A stretch of 63,727 bases of DNA, the filler included, from Octopus bimaculoides (Eukaryota): NCBI RefSeq assembly GCF_001194135.2. It is 5 parts of 4 records of this genome, joined end to end, with 100 filler letters (N's around TTAATTAATTAA, not from the genome) between each part and the next. Parts side by side here need not be neighbours in the genome. Positions count along the whole stretch, not along the records: positions 1 to 19,879 come from NC_068992.1; 4 more parts are not named here. One strand, given 5' to 3'. Below are positions 1 to 14,039 of the stretch, piece by piece. The translations under genes and the position numbers were made by a program. The notes below the pieces were generated by a model. It was not told where the DNA came from. It saw only the letters and a list, made by a program, of their open reading frames with translations, and searched no databases. Numbering within the stretch: the first letter of the stretch is position 1; every line of letters starts with the position of its first letter.

Positions 1-109
1 TTTTTTTTTTTTTTTTTTTTTTGTATCGTTCGGTTTTCTTTCCCCTTGTCCCCTACCAATCATTACTTACAATTTTTCTTTTTAATTTCTTTTCTGATCC
101 AATATATTT

Positions 110-140
<31 letters not shown>

Positions 141-208
141 CAGCAGCAGCAGCGACAGCAACAGCCACACTTACGCACGCACACACGTGCACATACCCAT
201 CTACAAGT

Positions 209-277
<69 letters not shown>

Positions 278-560
278 TATATATACATATCCATTTATAT
301 ACATACATTATGCATATGCATACATACACACACATATATACATACATACATACATATATAAATATAATAAATATATGCATATATACACATATATACACAT
401 GTATGGTTGTGCTTTACAGTCGATAGCTAGATACACATATACGTATACGCACACACACACACACACACATACACATATATAGATATGCATTTATATACAT
501 ACATTATGCATATGCATACATACACACACACACACATATATACATACATACATACAACTT
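1..560. repeat. Compound microsatellite: poly-T, (TAG)n, (CA)n, (TA)n
   Basis: Direct reading. Confidence 0.95.
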
Positions 561-800
561 ACATTCTTAGCTTCCAATAAATATCCTTCTCATCCCTTAT
601 TCTTCTACGCAGCTGCTTCCTTAGATCCTTTTCTTTCTCCCTAACATTTCCCCCCTCCCCCCTTCCCCTACTCATTCCTTTTCCTCCCTTCCTTCCTCCC
701 TTCCTTCATTCTTATTTTACTTCCTTTCTTTTGCCCTGCGTCTCATTGTTTCATGGAAGCAACTTTGCTTTCCGTCAGTCCGCATTTGCTAAAATATTTA

Positions 801-1030
801 TTTCTTTATTGCCCACAGGAAACTAAACATAGAGGGGACAAACAAGGACGGACAAAGGGATTAAGTCGATTACATCGACCCCTGTGTGTAACTGGTGCTT
901 ATTTAATCGACCTTGAAAGGATGAAAGGCAAAGTCGACCTGGGCGGAATTTGAACTCAGAACGTAACGGCAGACGAAATACCGCCAACTATTTCGCCCAG
1001 CGTGCTAACGATTCTGCCGGCCTCTCGCCC
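801..1030 (-). mobile_element. SINE family A (about 220 bp, tRNA-like head)
   Basis: Reverse copy of the GGCGGCGAGCTGGCAGAA..GTTCTGAGTTCAAATTCCGCCGAGGTCGACTTTGCCTTTCATCC family repeated many times in this window. Confidence 0.85.
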
Positions 1031-2599
1031 TAAAATAGTTTCTGCTGGCTTCTCGCCCGAAAATAGTTTCTAGTATTGTACCAGTCAACTGCTGAGGTTC
1101 ATTTGATATTCCTATAAATATCCTAGATGTGAATGGGGTCAGAATAGGTGACTAAGAGCGTTTCTCCTTCGGTTTTTGTTTCTACCCACCGTTGGATTTT
1201 ATCGTTTCCCTGCACCAAGCTCTCATTCTCTTTCCTCCATACATCTTACTCTCTCCATCTCTTATCTATCTATCTATCTGTTTCTATTTATCTATTTATC
1301 TCTCTTTTCCTCCGGTTCCCTTCATTCCACCTTCCATGTGTCTATCACCGTTTCTCTGTCCCTATTTCTCTGTGTGTAGATGTATACATACATACGTATA
1401 TATATATGCATATATATATATATCATCTATGTATATTCTTTTATCCTTTTGCTTCAATACACACACACACACATATATATAGAGAGAGATCTAATATGTC
1501 TATATATATATATATATTCTTGTCTTTATGATATCCCTATCACACCTAGTTCCTCCTTCCTGCTTCTCTCTCTTTCTCCCCCTCCCCCTCTCTCTCTCCC
1601 TCACCTAGTTTCTCTTTATTTTTAGCATTCTCCCTCCCTCTATTTCCGTAAGTCCTTTTTTTCTTCTATACTTTGGTCAGGAACACCTTTCTTCTCTTAA
1701 CACTTTTTATAATTTCTCCCCTACTCACACTATCACCCTTCGTTGTTCATTCTTTCTGCTCTCTCTCTCTTTCTCTCACTCTCTCTTTCTCTCTCCACCT
1801 CCTTCCTTCTCCTTTTCTCTCCCTCTCACTATACAACTCGCTCATAATGGCAGTAAACAGTGACAATATGATTGCGATACGAACATTTCTAATAATATCC
1901 AGCCGCGATACCATACCCCGGATAGCATCAATAATGGAAGCTGTATTTCTTCAGAGAGAACAGATAGAACAAAGCTAACGCAACACAAAAGGATATTCCA
2001 TATTTCCATTTATAAGCGAAGAATTCCAACATGTTTCATAAAACCAAACTCAACATCTACTCCAGCTTTCTAATACAGCTTCTTTTTCATTTACAACCCA
2101 AAACACGGAACCATTTAACTAAATAATCCAACCGCCGGATTAATGGAAAAGATAAAATTGAACTCCTGTATAGTTATAACCAAGTGAATATTTTGTAGTT
2201 GTTGTTGTTGTTGTTGTTGTTGCTGTTTTTGTTGTTATTGTTCTTGTTTTGCTTTTTATTGTTGATTCTTGGTGTTTGCTTCTTGTTCTTGTTTGTCTTT
2301 GTTGCTATGTATCTTGTTGTAATGTAATAGTTGTAGAAATTGCTTTGGTTGTTGTTTATGATTCTGTTCTTTCTGCTGCTGTTGATGTTTTTTTTTCTAG
2401 TTGTTATTGTTGATTTGTTACAGTTGTTTTTGCTATTGTTGCTGTTCCTATTCTGTTTTATTACTGATTTTGTTATGCTTGTTGGGGAGATTCTTTTGTT
2501 GTTCTTTTCTTCCTTTTTCTGCTTGTTCTGGTTGTGTTATGTTTTCATATGTGTTTCTATTGACTTAACAGCAGAGGCAATATGGCCTCTTCTCCAATA

Positions 2600-4060
2600 A
2601 GATGTGCATTGAATTGCATATATTAAGCTCAGGAGGTCAGAAGTTCAATTTCGCTTCAAGCTTCTTGCATTTCTTTGAAAAAGAAACACACTATATTCAA
2701 CAGTGCCACAGTTCACATAGAATGTTCAGAATAAGGATCAAATATTCTATGAGTGTTTATCCTCAGACCAGAATTTACTAATCCTGTCCGATCCACTCTG
2801 ATCAAACTAAATCAAGATATCTTGGCATTAGATCTAATATTTTTTTCTAGTTCGATACGTGTGATTGTTGGTCAGTTCAATAACTTATTTGTTATCACCA
2901 ACACTGGCCTCTTCCCCAACAAGCTGATAGATTCCTTTATCAATAACGAGGGATTTCCACTATTGAAAAGATGTGAATAATGTAACACTTATAGGCCGGA
3001 TTGTATCGGGTCCGAAGAAAATAAGGGACTTCTACTGAAAAATCATGTCAACCACTACGAACCGTTCCCTAGTGGTGGCTACGATGACTAAACCGGAAAT
3101 GGCACTCGAGAGTCACACTCTAGTGCGTGTCGGGCCGATGTACGATCTAACACGATGGCAAACAATACCTTGTCTACAAGAAGCAGGGTCCCATTACAGC
3201 TTATAATTTAATTCTAGCATTGACGAATTTGTTATCAACTCCTGCATCCAGTTGTGTTTCTTAGATGTACTGGTCTTGTATTGTTTTTGATCTAGTGACA
3301 CTCGAGGAAAGCCACTTCATATGTGCAAGAAGTATTCAAATTGGCTTACATTAGTTCTGAGTGAACCGTTTTGTCAACACATTATCACTGACAAGAAGCG
3401 TGTACCATTACTATAGACTAGGAATAATAGCAAACTGTGGTGTTTCTGCAAAGGAACTAAGTCTGTGATCCAGTTTCTGTTTCTTTGCGGCATACGTTTA
3501 AGAAAATTAATATTGGTCATTCTTAACGGGATAATGAGAACGCTTTTTCCGTGATTTCTTGATCAGAAAAAGAAAGCTGACATATTTCTTTCACAAGTCA
3601 AGAAAGAAAACAAATTTATCAAGGCTGGAACAGTGTTGTCCATAGACAGGTCAATAAAGGTTTGACTTGGGGTTAAAGAACAACAACAACAGCAACGTCA
3701 ATTTTTAATGACTTCGGGGCATGGTAGGCATATATTTCAATAACCCCTAAAACCTATTAAGAAAGCTGAACAATGAAGAAAATTTAATATAGAAACCCAG
3801 CAGGATTTACGATCTCAAAAATCAAAGCCACCAGGGAAGGTTTTCTATTTTTGTTTACGTTGTCCCTCAACTTACTCGTAACAGAAGCCAATTCACCATC
3901 AAAACCCATTCTAACACCTCTTAAAGGTATCATATACAAAGACGGTATAAACAGTTGGATTTCCTTTGACTGTAGATTTTCTTGTTCTGGAAGTAAACCG
4001 CAGCAAAAATATATCGATGAAAGTTAATTCTAGACATACTTGGATCTGAGTAAACCCAGT
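2600..4060 (+). mobile_element. Highly degenerate Penelope-like element (RT + GIY-YIG) remnant
   Basis: Scattered motifs in PLE order despite stops and frameshifts: FNS...FLDVLV (FLDVLV at 3258-3275), RGKPLH..KYSNW (cf. YRKPTH..YLNW), ILNG, and KYIDE (cf. YIGET). Confidence 0.45.
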
Positions 4061-4237
4061 AACAATTTAACTGACCGCGGAAAGAGTTGAAAGCTGAACG
4101 ATATCTGCCTTCTATGGTAACGGAATATAAAGCGTTGAAGAATAAAAACGAAATACAGCGGAGATAGAGGGTCCGGGGTTCTTAACTTACTTGTGGACAT
4201 ACTACAAAGAAATAAACAAAATCGGTGACATGTATAT

Positions 4238-4670
4238 ATATGGGTGTATGTAGTAAGAAGCTTCCTTCCGAACCACATGGTTCCGGATTCAATCCCACTG
4301 CGTGGCACCTTGGGCAAGTGTCTTCTACTAAAGGCCTCGGCCGACCAAAGACTTGTGAGTGGATTTGGTAGACGGGAAACTGAAAGAAGCCTATCGTATG
4401 TATACATGTATATATATATATATATATGTGTGTGTGTATGTGTGTGTGTATTTATATGCAAGTATTATGTATGTATATATGCATGTATGTGTATTTGCGT
4501 GTCTGTTTCCGCTCCATCGCTTGACAACCAATGTTGGCGTGTTTACGCCCCCGCAACTTAGCGGTTCGGCAAATACAAAGAATAAGTTCTGGGGTCGATT
4601 TGTTCGACGAAAGGACGTGCCCCAGCATGGCCGCAGTCAAATGACTGAAACACAGTAAAAGAAATAAAGG
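4238..4670 (+). mobile_element. SINE family C (tRNA head, CORE-like block, internal microsatellite)
   Basis: GGTTCCGGATTCAATCCCACTGCGTGGCACCTTGGGCAAGTGTCTT (CORE-like), (TA/TG)n spacer, tail CAGCATGGCCGCAGTCAAATGACTGAAAC. Confidence 0.88.
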
Positions 4671-4874
4671 AGAAAAAATGACGTATACAAGCAAACTTTC
4701 GAAGCGTTGAATGTGGTTGGTATTTTGCCGAAAGAAAATATATTTCGAAAGTTGTGAAGTTGCTACAAAAGTTTTACTGCGTTCGAAATTTACTTTCTTG
4801 GCTGCAATGTGTCTGTGTGTGTGTGTATGTGTATACATACATACATACATACATACATATTTATGTTTATTATT

Positions 4875-7087
4875 GTTTGTGGTGTTCAAGAATGTTTTAC
4901 ATATTTCGGAATCAATATCCTTGGTACCAGGCCAGAACCAGTTTCTTTAGATATCGAGGGCCTTCCTTACAATCATTACTATTACCAGTAGAGCAGATTT
5001 CTCAATCAATGCAACTCATGTAGTAACACCAATCTCAATAAGGGAGCTGTCGAGTCTGTTGAGACAGCTTTAACAACTGGGATTACTTTTGTTGAAACCC
5101 TCTGCAGTCTACGTAACTCCCTAACCAAATCCATGAATTTCCTTCTTTTCTCCTTTCCTTTAACCGCTACATTCATGTCCGCAGATATAGCCACATTTAT
5201 GATGCTGCACTCATATTTGCTCCTTGGGCAAGAACCTTATTGTCTAGTCGCCTGGCATGAATTTTATGATCGGTCTGTACATTAAAATCCCATAAAATCT
5301 TGTATTGATCGTTCTCTATTATACTTTCTGGTTGATGTCCGTACCCTTTTCTTCCTACTTCAAATCCCCTTCTCCGTTATATGTTCCTGTGTAGTGTCTT
5401 TCGGGGGACTTGCTGATCTATATATAGTAAGTCGTTTGTCCCTCTCGAGTTTTTTCTGCATCTTTCATTTCCTCTGATAGCGAAATAACAACTGTCAGCA
5501 ACTTCCACATCATTGGAAGGTGTGGTATTGGTCGGTAGTTAGTTAATATATTGCTTTTCTTTTGATCTTTCAATATCAGAACCGTCCTACCTTTTGTCAT
5601 CCAATCAGGAATATCCCCTGTCGCAACACCATCATTTAGTTGTACTCTCATTCTATCATGAAGCGTAGTGAAACGTTTCAGCCAAAATCACTGGAGCAAA
5701 TCTGGTCGAGAGGATTTCCAGTCTGACCTCCGTTTTTAACTGTTCTTCTCTGATCTCTTTCTATGTTTTGACAAATGTGTGTTATTTTGCCTTTGTCTTT
5801 CTTAAACTTTCTACGTTGTCATTGTATTTCACTTCGTGGCCCCAAATATTTCTCCAGAATTCCTTGTGACATCTCCATTTATTTCTTTGTAATATCAACT
5901 TTGATCTATTTCGGGCAACTAATTTTGCCTAAACTGTTCAATTCTATTCTTATATCTCTTGATCTTGGAAGCTTTTACTTTCATCCTTTGTTTTAATTCT
6001 TCCATTACTCTCTTTTATCCTTTTTGATTTAGCCAATACTTTCTTAGGATTGCTTCATGGAATCTAGCTTTTATTGTAACTCGGTGGTAAGATCTTTTCT
6101 CAAATAATCTCTCAGTCTCCGTAATCGGCTTTTCCACCAGGGTTCTCCTTCTTATGAAGTTGTAATATCTTCACTCCAAATCTTTCCCTTACTACCACTG
6201 CTGCAGCATATATTAAGCTGCTGGTTATGGTGATATCATTACTTATGATCTTGTTAAACACTTGCGTAATTATTTGTATCTCTTTCATTGTTTTATTCTT
6301 CTTCATCCTTTCTATTGATGGTAACGTTTCTCATTCATCTGACCGGCTAATATCATGTAGTCCATCAGCAATGATCAGCTCTTCATCGGAAAAGTTATGT
6401 TCAGGTTCCTCGTGCACAGTTAGGGGTTTTGTGATATGTGATATCTAAACCTCCGTGTCTCTGCTTTCAGTGTCATCGCCATCTATCTATTTTAGGTCGC
6501 TATATTCCGCTTCGTAGACTCTGCTTTTGGTTTCTTCGATTTGTACTTCTGTTAAGCAGCCTTCCTTTATTTTTATCTGTCTTACTTCGTCGCTTAGTCT
6601 CTCCCAGGTGGCACCAAACATTCCTTTTTCAAGCCATATCTCTCTCATTCCGTCCACATAACCAAATCTGCTAAGTTCGTTTCGGATGTAACATTCCATC
6701 AGTCTGCTTCAGTTGATCTTTCCTCCTTTCTTTCATAGATGACGACCGGGCCTACCCTGCTGTGCAGTCAGCCACCGACCGGGTGGGAGATCTTCACCTT
6801 TATCAGTTCCAGTCTCATTCACGCCATCGTTCAACAGACTTGTATTTGATATTCTCACTCATAATGTGAGGCAACGAGGTGACCCAACCACCGGTGTTTT
6901 CATTGAGACGTCATCTCGAATAAAGGTTGCCCATGAGACTCACTTAACCTCACCAGACGCTAACCTAGTATATCAAGGTCTCGGGGTGGGTTCAGAGGTA
7001 CTACACTTCTCAGCAGTAACTTGAAGGTAGTTAAGGATAAGGATAACCTCATTTATCCCAAGTGGTGACTCCACAGCCGGATGCAAG
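4875..7087 (-). mobile_element. Dong/R4-type (RLE) non-LTR retrotransposon, internally deleted but with both ends
   Basis: N-terminal CY...GYVDGMREIWLEKGMF...RLSDEVRQI. RT start DWMTKGRTVLILKD...NYRPI...MWKLLT. RLE-region HQPESIIENDQYKILWDFNVQTDHKIHARR, then VIPVV and terminal VRKALDI* (TAA 4947-4949). Short (TAA)n remnants at both ends. Confidence 0.9.
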
Positions 7088-7100
7088 TTGTTATTATTAA

Positions 7101-7318
7101 GTCGGCGAGCTGGCAGAATCGTTTGCACGCCGGGCAAAATGCTTAGCGGCATTTCGTCAGACATTACATTCTGAGTTCAAACTCCGCCGAGGTCGACTTT
7201 GCCTTTCATCCTTTCGGGGTCAATAAATCAAGTACCAGTTGAACACTGGAGTCAATGTAATTGACTTACCGCCTCCCCCAAAACTGCTGGCCTCGGCCAT
7301 GTGCCAAAATGTGAAATT
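7101..7318 (+). mobile_element. SINE family A
   Basis: Full copy; B-box-like GAGTTCAAACTCC. Confidence 0.9.
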
Positions 7319-7925
7319 GTTGTTGTGAAATGCTTCAAAACACAATGACATATACGTGCACACACATTTGTATATATGTATTTACAGAATATGTACATGT
7401 CTGCCTGTGTGCGTACCTACGTGCTATTGTATATTCGCAAGTTCTCTTTTTTTTTTTTTGTCCAATCGTTCTTTCTGTAGGCATGTGTGAATGTATAACT
7501 AACTTGTTTATCTGTACGCACCCTGGAACAGATCGATAAATAAGTAAATGAATAAACGTATATAAATAAATCAAATATATGTATGTGAGATGAAGGATTT
7601 GATAACGAGTGTAATGGTGGGGGTGAGAAATAAAGAAAAATACACAGAGAGAGAGAATCAAAATAAGGGAGAAGTCCTTATTGTCAGGAGATACATAGAA
7701 ACGAGTATGAGAAAGGATAACATCAAAGCTAGTTGTTTCTATTGACAATTCTTCCAGTGCAATATTGGGAACCGTAACCGTTTACCTACCCAGAAACGTA
7801 ATTCTACGATAAAATCCCAGAAAATATTTCTGAAAAATCGTGAGGGGCCATAAATATGGAAAATTATGCTTGGATGTACTAAAAGGATCCAATTGATTAA
7901 ACACTGTTCCACCCACCAGAGCAAT

Positions 7926-7926
7926 A

Positions 7927-7981
<55 letters not shown>

Positions 7982-8001
7982 GTGTGTGTTGTGTGTGTGC
8001 G

Positions 8002-8046
<45 letters not shown>
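7926..8046. repeat. (TG)n microsatellite
   Basis: Direct reading. Confidence 0.97.
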
Positions 8047-8048
<2 letters not shown>

Positions 8049-8175
8049 ATGCGTGAAACACCCTATTATCCATGATCGACTTACCCTACTACTATCATCT
8101 CTATATATCTAAGTCTTTTTACTCATATTTATAGTTTTTTCTTCTTCGTTTATCTAAAGTATTGTCTCTACTCTT

Positions 8176-8207
<32 letters not shown>

Positions 8208-8423
8208 TCCTTCTCTTTCATCCTCCACCTCTCTCTGTCACTTTGCCGCACACGCGCGCTGTTCCATATGTATCTTTTCAAATCTCCATCTGATTATTGT
8301 TCCAACTTATTTCCCTCTTATCTTTCGCATACGTCTCCGCCTACCTCCCTTTTTTCTCTACAACGTTCTATTACCTTGTTTAGCTAATTTTCATTTTGTC
8401 ATTTTCTTCCCTTTAGCGTTCAT

Positions 8424-8510
<87 letters not shown>

Positions 8511-9814
8511 CATGCACACGCTCTACATATACGTATGCATGTGTGCTATACCATATATATATATAAATACATATNNNNNNNNNNNNNNNNNNNNNNNNNN
8601 NNNNNNNNNNNNNNNNNNNNNNNNNNNNNNNNNNNNNNNNNNNNNNNNNNNNNNNNNNNNNNNNNNNNNNNNNNNNNNNNNNNNNNNNNNNNNNNNNNNN
8701 NNNNNNNNNNNNNNNNNNNNNNNNNNNNNNNNNNNNNNNNNNNNNNNNNNNNNNNNNNNNNNNNNNNNNNNNNNNNNNNNNNNNNNNNNNNNNNNNNNNN
8801 NNNNNNNNNNNNNNNNNNNNNNNNNNNNNNNNNNNNNNNNNNNNNNNNNNNNNNNNNNNNNNNNNNNNNNNNNNNNNNNNNNNNNNNNNNNNNNNNNNNN
8901 NNNNNNNNNNNNNNNNNNNNNNNNNNNNNNNNNNNNNNNNNNNNNNNNNNNNNNNNNNNNNNNNNNNNNNNNNNNNNNNNNNNNNNNNNNNNNNNNNNNN
9001 NNNNNNNNNNNNNNNNNNNNNNNNNNNNNNNNNNNNNNNNNNNNNNNNNNNNNNNNNNNNNNNNNNNNNNNNNNNNNNNNNNNNNNNNNNNNNNNNNNNN
9101 NNNNNNNNNNNNNNNNNNNNNNNNNNNNNNNNNNNNNNNNNNNNNNNNNNNNNNNNNNNNNNNNNNNNNNNNNNNNNNNNNNNNNNNNNNNNNNNNNNNN
9201 NNNNNNNNNNNNNNNNNNNNNNNNNNNNNNNNNNNNNNNNNNNNNNNNNNNNNNNNNNNNNNNNNNNNNNNNNNNNNNNNNNNNNNNNNNNNNNNNNNNN
9301 NNNNNNNNNNNNNNNNNNNNNNNNNNNNNNNNNNNNNNNNNNNNNNNNNNNNNNNNNNNNNNNNNNNNNNNNNNNNNNNNNNNNNNNNNNNNNCTCTTTG
9401 TAGACCTTTTTAGTTTTCTTCTCGTAAAAATATATTTTTGCTTCATATCCTACTTCCAGACAGATGCAAATTTAATTCTGTAAAAAATTCTACACAAACT
9501 CATATCTTTTAAATCGCTTTTCAGTTTCTGCTTAAACGTAACCTTTTACCCTAAGTGGAAATTGTAATCCTAAGTGCTAACACAAAACCCTAACGTTCAA
9601 TGCTAACCCCCAGCAGATCGAGAAAGGGCGTGATATGAAAGACGGGTGTGAGAAGAGAGACAGACAGACAGATGAAGACAGACAGAAAAACAGAGAGGGC
9701 GGAGCGAGAAAAATGTGTGTGTAGAGTGAGAGAGAGGGTGGGGAAGAGTTTGATTTAATTACAAATATAGTTGTTGTAGGACTAAGTTACTTCCATTTGG
9801 GTACGTAATGTCAT

Positions 9815-10166
9815 AAGATCCGATCCGATCATCGGAACAGCCTGCTCGTGAAATTAACGTGCAAGTGGCTGAGCACTCCTCAGACACGTGTACCCTTAAC
9901 GTAGACCTCGGGGATATTCAGCGTGACACAGTGTGACAAGGCTGGCCCTTTGAATTACAGGCACAACAGAAACAGGAAGTAAGAGTGAGAGAAAGTTGTG
10001 GTGAGAGAGTACAGCAGGGTGTGCCACCCCCACCCCTGCCGGAGCCTCGTGGAGCTTTAGGTGTTTCTTGCTCAAAAAAACACTCACAACGCCCGGTCTG
10101 GAAATCGAAACCGCGATCCTATGACCGCGAGTCCGCTGCCCTAACCACTGAGCCATTGCGACTCCC
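9815..10166 (-). mobile_element. SINE family B (about 380 bp, tRNA head)
   Basis: Reverse copy of GGAGGCGCAATGGCCCAGTGGTTAGGGCAGCGGACTC..GGTTTCGATT..GTCACGCTGAATATCCCCGAG..GCACGTTAATTTCACGAGCAGGCTGTTCCG. Confidence 0.9.
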
Positions 10167-10543
10167 ATGATGACAACAGATAGTGCCGAAAAGGCATGCT
10201 AAATTAGCACCGTCTCGTCTTTATTTCAGTGAGTGTATGAAAAACACGATTATCCAATACATCATTGTATTTTTAAAAGTGTATGGAATGATTAAACGGA
10301 GATTACACTGCTATTTCGTGTAGGTCGAACGACAAAGTATATTCTCTCTGGACAATGAACTGCAGTCGGTTATCAGATACTGTCTGCGTAGAGAATCGTC
10401 TAAAATTACGAGTACAGATTTTCAAAGATAACTTTACTCACACACATCAAAACATATATATCCACCCTACCATATATATATACATACACACACGCACGTG
10501 CACATATGTGCGTGTGTGTGTATATATGTATATATATATTTGA

Positions 10544-10593
<50 letters not shown>

Positions 10594-10729
10594 GCTGACT
10601 TGTGTATTCTATAATGTTATGTTCACAGGTTGAATGCGATGCGTGAAATACAGACGCTTGTGATAATTAGAAAGTCGCAGCCTCTTCATCAACTGGTTGT
10701 AGTAGTCTCCTTATTGTACATATGTAGGC

Positions 10730-10762
<33 letters not shown>

Positions 10763-10837
10763 CACACATATATGTATGTATGCATCCAGGTTTGCATGCA
10801 TATACGTATACATTTGTACGTATATATATATATATCT

Positions 10838-10919
<82 letters not shown>

Positions 10920-12235
10920 GATCAATGGCAGTCACTGTGAGCGAACTAATCTCACTGAGCTCTTCGTACTGAAGGACATGACAGAGATATCGTGTCACTT
11001 TTATCAATTCACGAAATTTTGATTAAGTGAACGTGGGTGAAAAGTTTTTGAGTTTGAGACAGTAAATTCTGCTTGATACTTACTAATATCAAAACTAATG
11101 TATCGGATTTGCTTCGCTAACTAATGCCCGTGCAACTGTTCTAGTTTCTGTTCTGGGTGTTGTAGTTTCAAGCAGATTTGTACAATAATATATATGTTAA
11201 CCTAAATCAGAACAGCTAGGAGATAATATTGTATGTTATGTGTAATCTGGTGTGAGTAGATTTAAAGTATATAGCGTTAAACGGCTTCCGGTTCTGATGC
11301 TCAAACTCGGATGTCTGGGTGTTTTGAGGATTCTCCAGTTACCCATTCGTCATCATTATTCCATCATGCATCCCTCCTAATGATAGTAGTTCCTTAAATG
11401 TTCTTAATTGTCGATTAATCAATTAGCAGAATATGATCGTGAGGATAAGGCATACAGGACTCAGAGAAAGGTTGTTTTGTAGACTTGTGTCCTGTTGCGT
11501 TGTTGCAAGGAAGTGAGGGTTTCTCTCCTCTTGTAACGCTTTATATGAGAGCAGTACTTTTGGGCTTGCTGTGTAAATTTGCATAGGACAGGAATGAGGG
11601 TGTCATAAACTCAAGGGTCGCAGATTCTAGCTACACCATTTCTCGTGTCACCGAAGTCCACATCTGTATGACCATGGTCGAATCTCATGTAAACCAGTAG
11701 CTTTGACTAAGGAGTAATAAGCCCTGTATTTAAAGCGCCAGCTCAGGAGAGCAAAAGAGTAGCACAGTAACTTATAAATAAAATAATAGAAGGCAAGGGA
11801 TATACCATTCTTTTTCATCAAAACAATTATTCATAAATAAGTTTTCAAACTGGAATATGGAAGCCCACTTTAACTTCCGCCTGTACGCATAGAACATAGA
11901 GAGGATGGGGAGACAGACAGACAGAACAACTGACACAGAGTTTGAGGAGTATTGTATTATTTGTGTCTTGAAGACAAGGTTTCGTATTATGATGAGTGTG
12001 CAGTCGCTTATGTTGCATAATAGTGCTTTAGCTATTCATATCGAAAGTAAGACTTCGGTTGGATTTGATCTCAAAATTTAAAGGGTCTTCCCTCAAAACT
12101 GCAAAACATTTTTCCTACACACTTATGATTGTGCCAAATCACCAACTTGACATCTAACCCAAAGCCGTTGTCTTCGCTATTATAAATCATTTCTTTTTTT
12201 ATACGAGAGATTATTATTAATATTACAACAAAAAA

Positions 12236-12450
12236 GCGGCGAGCTGGCAGAATCGTTACCACGCCGTGTGAAATGCTTAGCGATAATTTGTCGGCCACTA
12301 CCTTCTGAGTTCGAATTCCGCTGAGGTCAACTTTTCCTTTCATCCTTTCGGGATCGATGAAATAAGTACCAATTACGCACTGGGGTCGATTTAATCGACT
12401 AGCTCCCTTCCCACCAAAACTTTTCAAGGCTTTGTGCCTAGAGTAGAAAT
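12236..12450 (+). mobile_element. SINE family A
   Basis: Full copy; a partial reverse copy follows at about 12628-12775. Confidence 0.9.
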
Positions 12451-14039
12451 GATTATAAACATTACAACAGAACAGGGTGAATGACACAATCGATAGAGTA
12501 ATAAGAGAATATTACGACCTGACACCTAATTCCATACCTTTATGTTCTCTGCTCGAGCCCTGTTTCAGACACCTTTTCTTTTCATAACTTTATAACCAGC
12601 AAAATAATCACAACTGAAATATTGGTTTCAAACTTTGGCACACGGTCAGCAATTTCGGGGTGTTGGTTAGTCGATTACATCGTTCCCGATAGGGTGAAAG
12701 GCAATGACGACCTTGGCTAATCTCAAAAGTAAAGACGGATGCAATGCCGCTAAGCATTTTGTCCGGTGTACTAAGGTACAATTGTACTAAGGTACAGTAA
12801 AAGATAAAGCAGCAACATCATACATTTAATTTTATTTATAGACGTTTCTCCTCGGTGAATTTCTCCTGATCCGTTTTCAGTAATCGAGTCCTTATTGATG
12901 GGACAGTTTTTGAAGGACTACTGGCACACCGAGAAGAAACAAATGGCATTTACGATATTTTACGGTTAAATCAATTATTTAGTATGATTTTGACTCTATT
13001 GACGGTACGCGGATTATATGCACTCATGTTATATGGTATGTGCTGTAGATTCGTCTGGTGGTGAAGCGTAATGTGGTTACAGTAGAGAGAAAAATAATGC
13101 AGTGTAATGAAATGAAGGATAAACGTTGTTTCATTTCATTAAGTGTAGTGGAATGACAGTATCGTTAGAACTCTGGACAACATTAACTTGGGGTTGTTGG
13201 TTACAGCTCTTCACGCACTGAGTCTAAATTCCGCCGAGATTGCCCTTCACACTCGCATTACGAAATCTATAAAATATCTTTTTTGATATTACTTGCTGCA
13301 TCTGGAGAACGGGTCAGCGTTCATATTGATGCCATTTATGTTTGTCTTGAACTATTGCAGTTCAACACTAGTGGGAATGATGTGAGCAAAGAATAAAGTC
13401 TTAGAATGAAGACGTTTTAGGAAAGTAAAGAAAGGGACTGGTTGTAGTAATTCGTACGGAATTTGGTGGCGGAGTTGATGTAGTAGGTATGATCGAAGAG
13501 AGACAAAGTGGGAGTGAGAGGATAAGGGAGTAGTCATGAGAATCCCCGGTGACTCTCCACGCTATATTCTTATTATAAGACGAGAATCGCTGTTGACTCC
13601 CAGTGGCGTTCCTTTTTAATGGAGTCTCATATTATTATGATTGAAACTACATTATCTGAATTTTAAGAAATGCACAGAACATTTGTTTCCTGGTATTTCT
13701 CGGATGGTTTTCAGCTTGGATGAATAGAAGCTGAGAGAGAACTTTGTAAAAAAATGCATCTTTGATAAGTAAAACAATACCGTTATTTGTGCTTTGTTGT
13801 GATACAATTGTAATGTATTACTGGAATGTAGTATAATCTCAATAACATTTTCGGAAAGCTATCCATTAACAATTGTGCAGCTCCAATTATAAACTCAAAG
13901 AATTTTTCAGCAAAAATTGTAAAACCTTTTACGAAATCAAGAGCTTGTCAATAAATATTAGGAAAACCTATAAAATTAAAAGAAGTTCATTTTCAAAGAC
14001 TGGAAGAACTATATTTGTATAGGCAATGTAATAAACCAC

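Noticed and set aside
46-490. ORFs rich in HT/YI/CV/LS dipeptides here and throughout the ORF track
   Set aside because: They are translations of (CA)n, (TA)n, (TG)n and (CT)n microsatellites, not genes.
2900-3500. Impression of short GC-balanced spacers in AT-rich DNA (CRISPR-like)
   Set aside because: No recurring direct repeat; better explained as decayed PLE coding sequence.
8512-9483. Long ORFs of 290-370 aa here and at 35565, 36614, 58394 and 59940
   Set aside because: They are open only because they run through N gaps.
9540-9610. CCCTAA-like hexamers suggesting interstitial telomeric repeat
   Set aside because: Only 2-3 scattered imperfect units, not an array.
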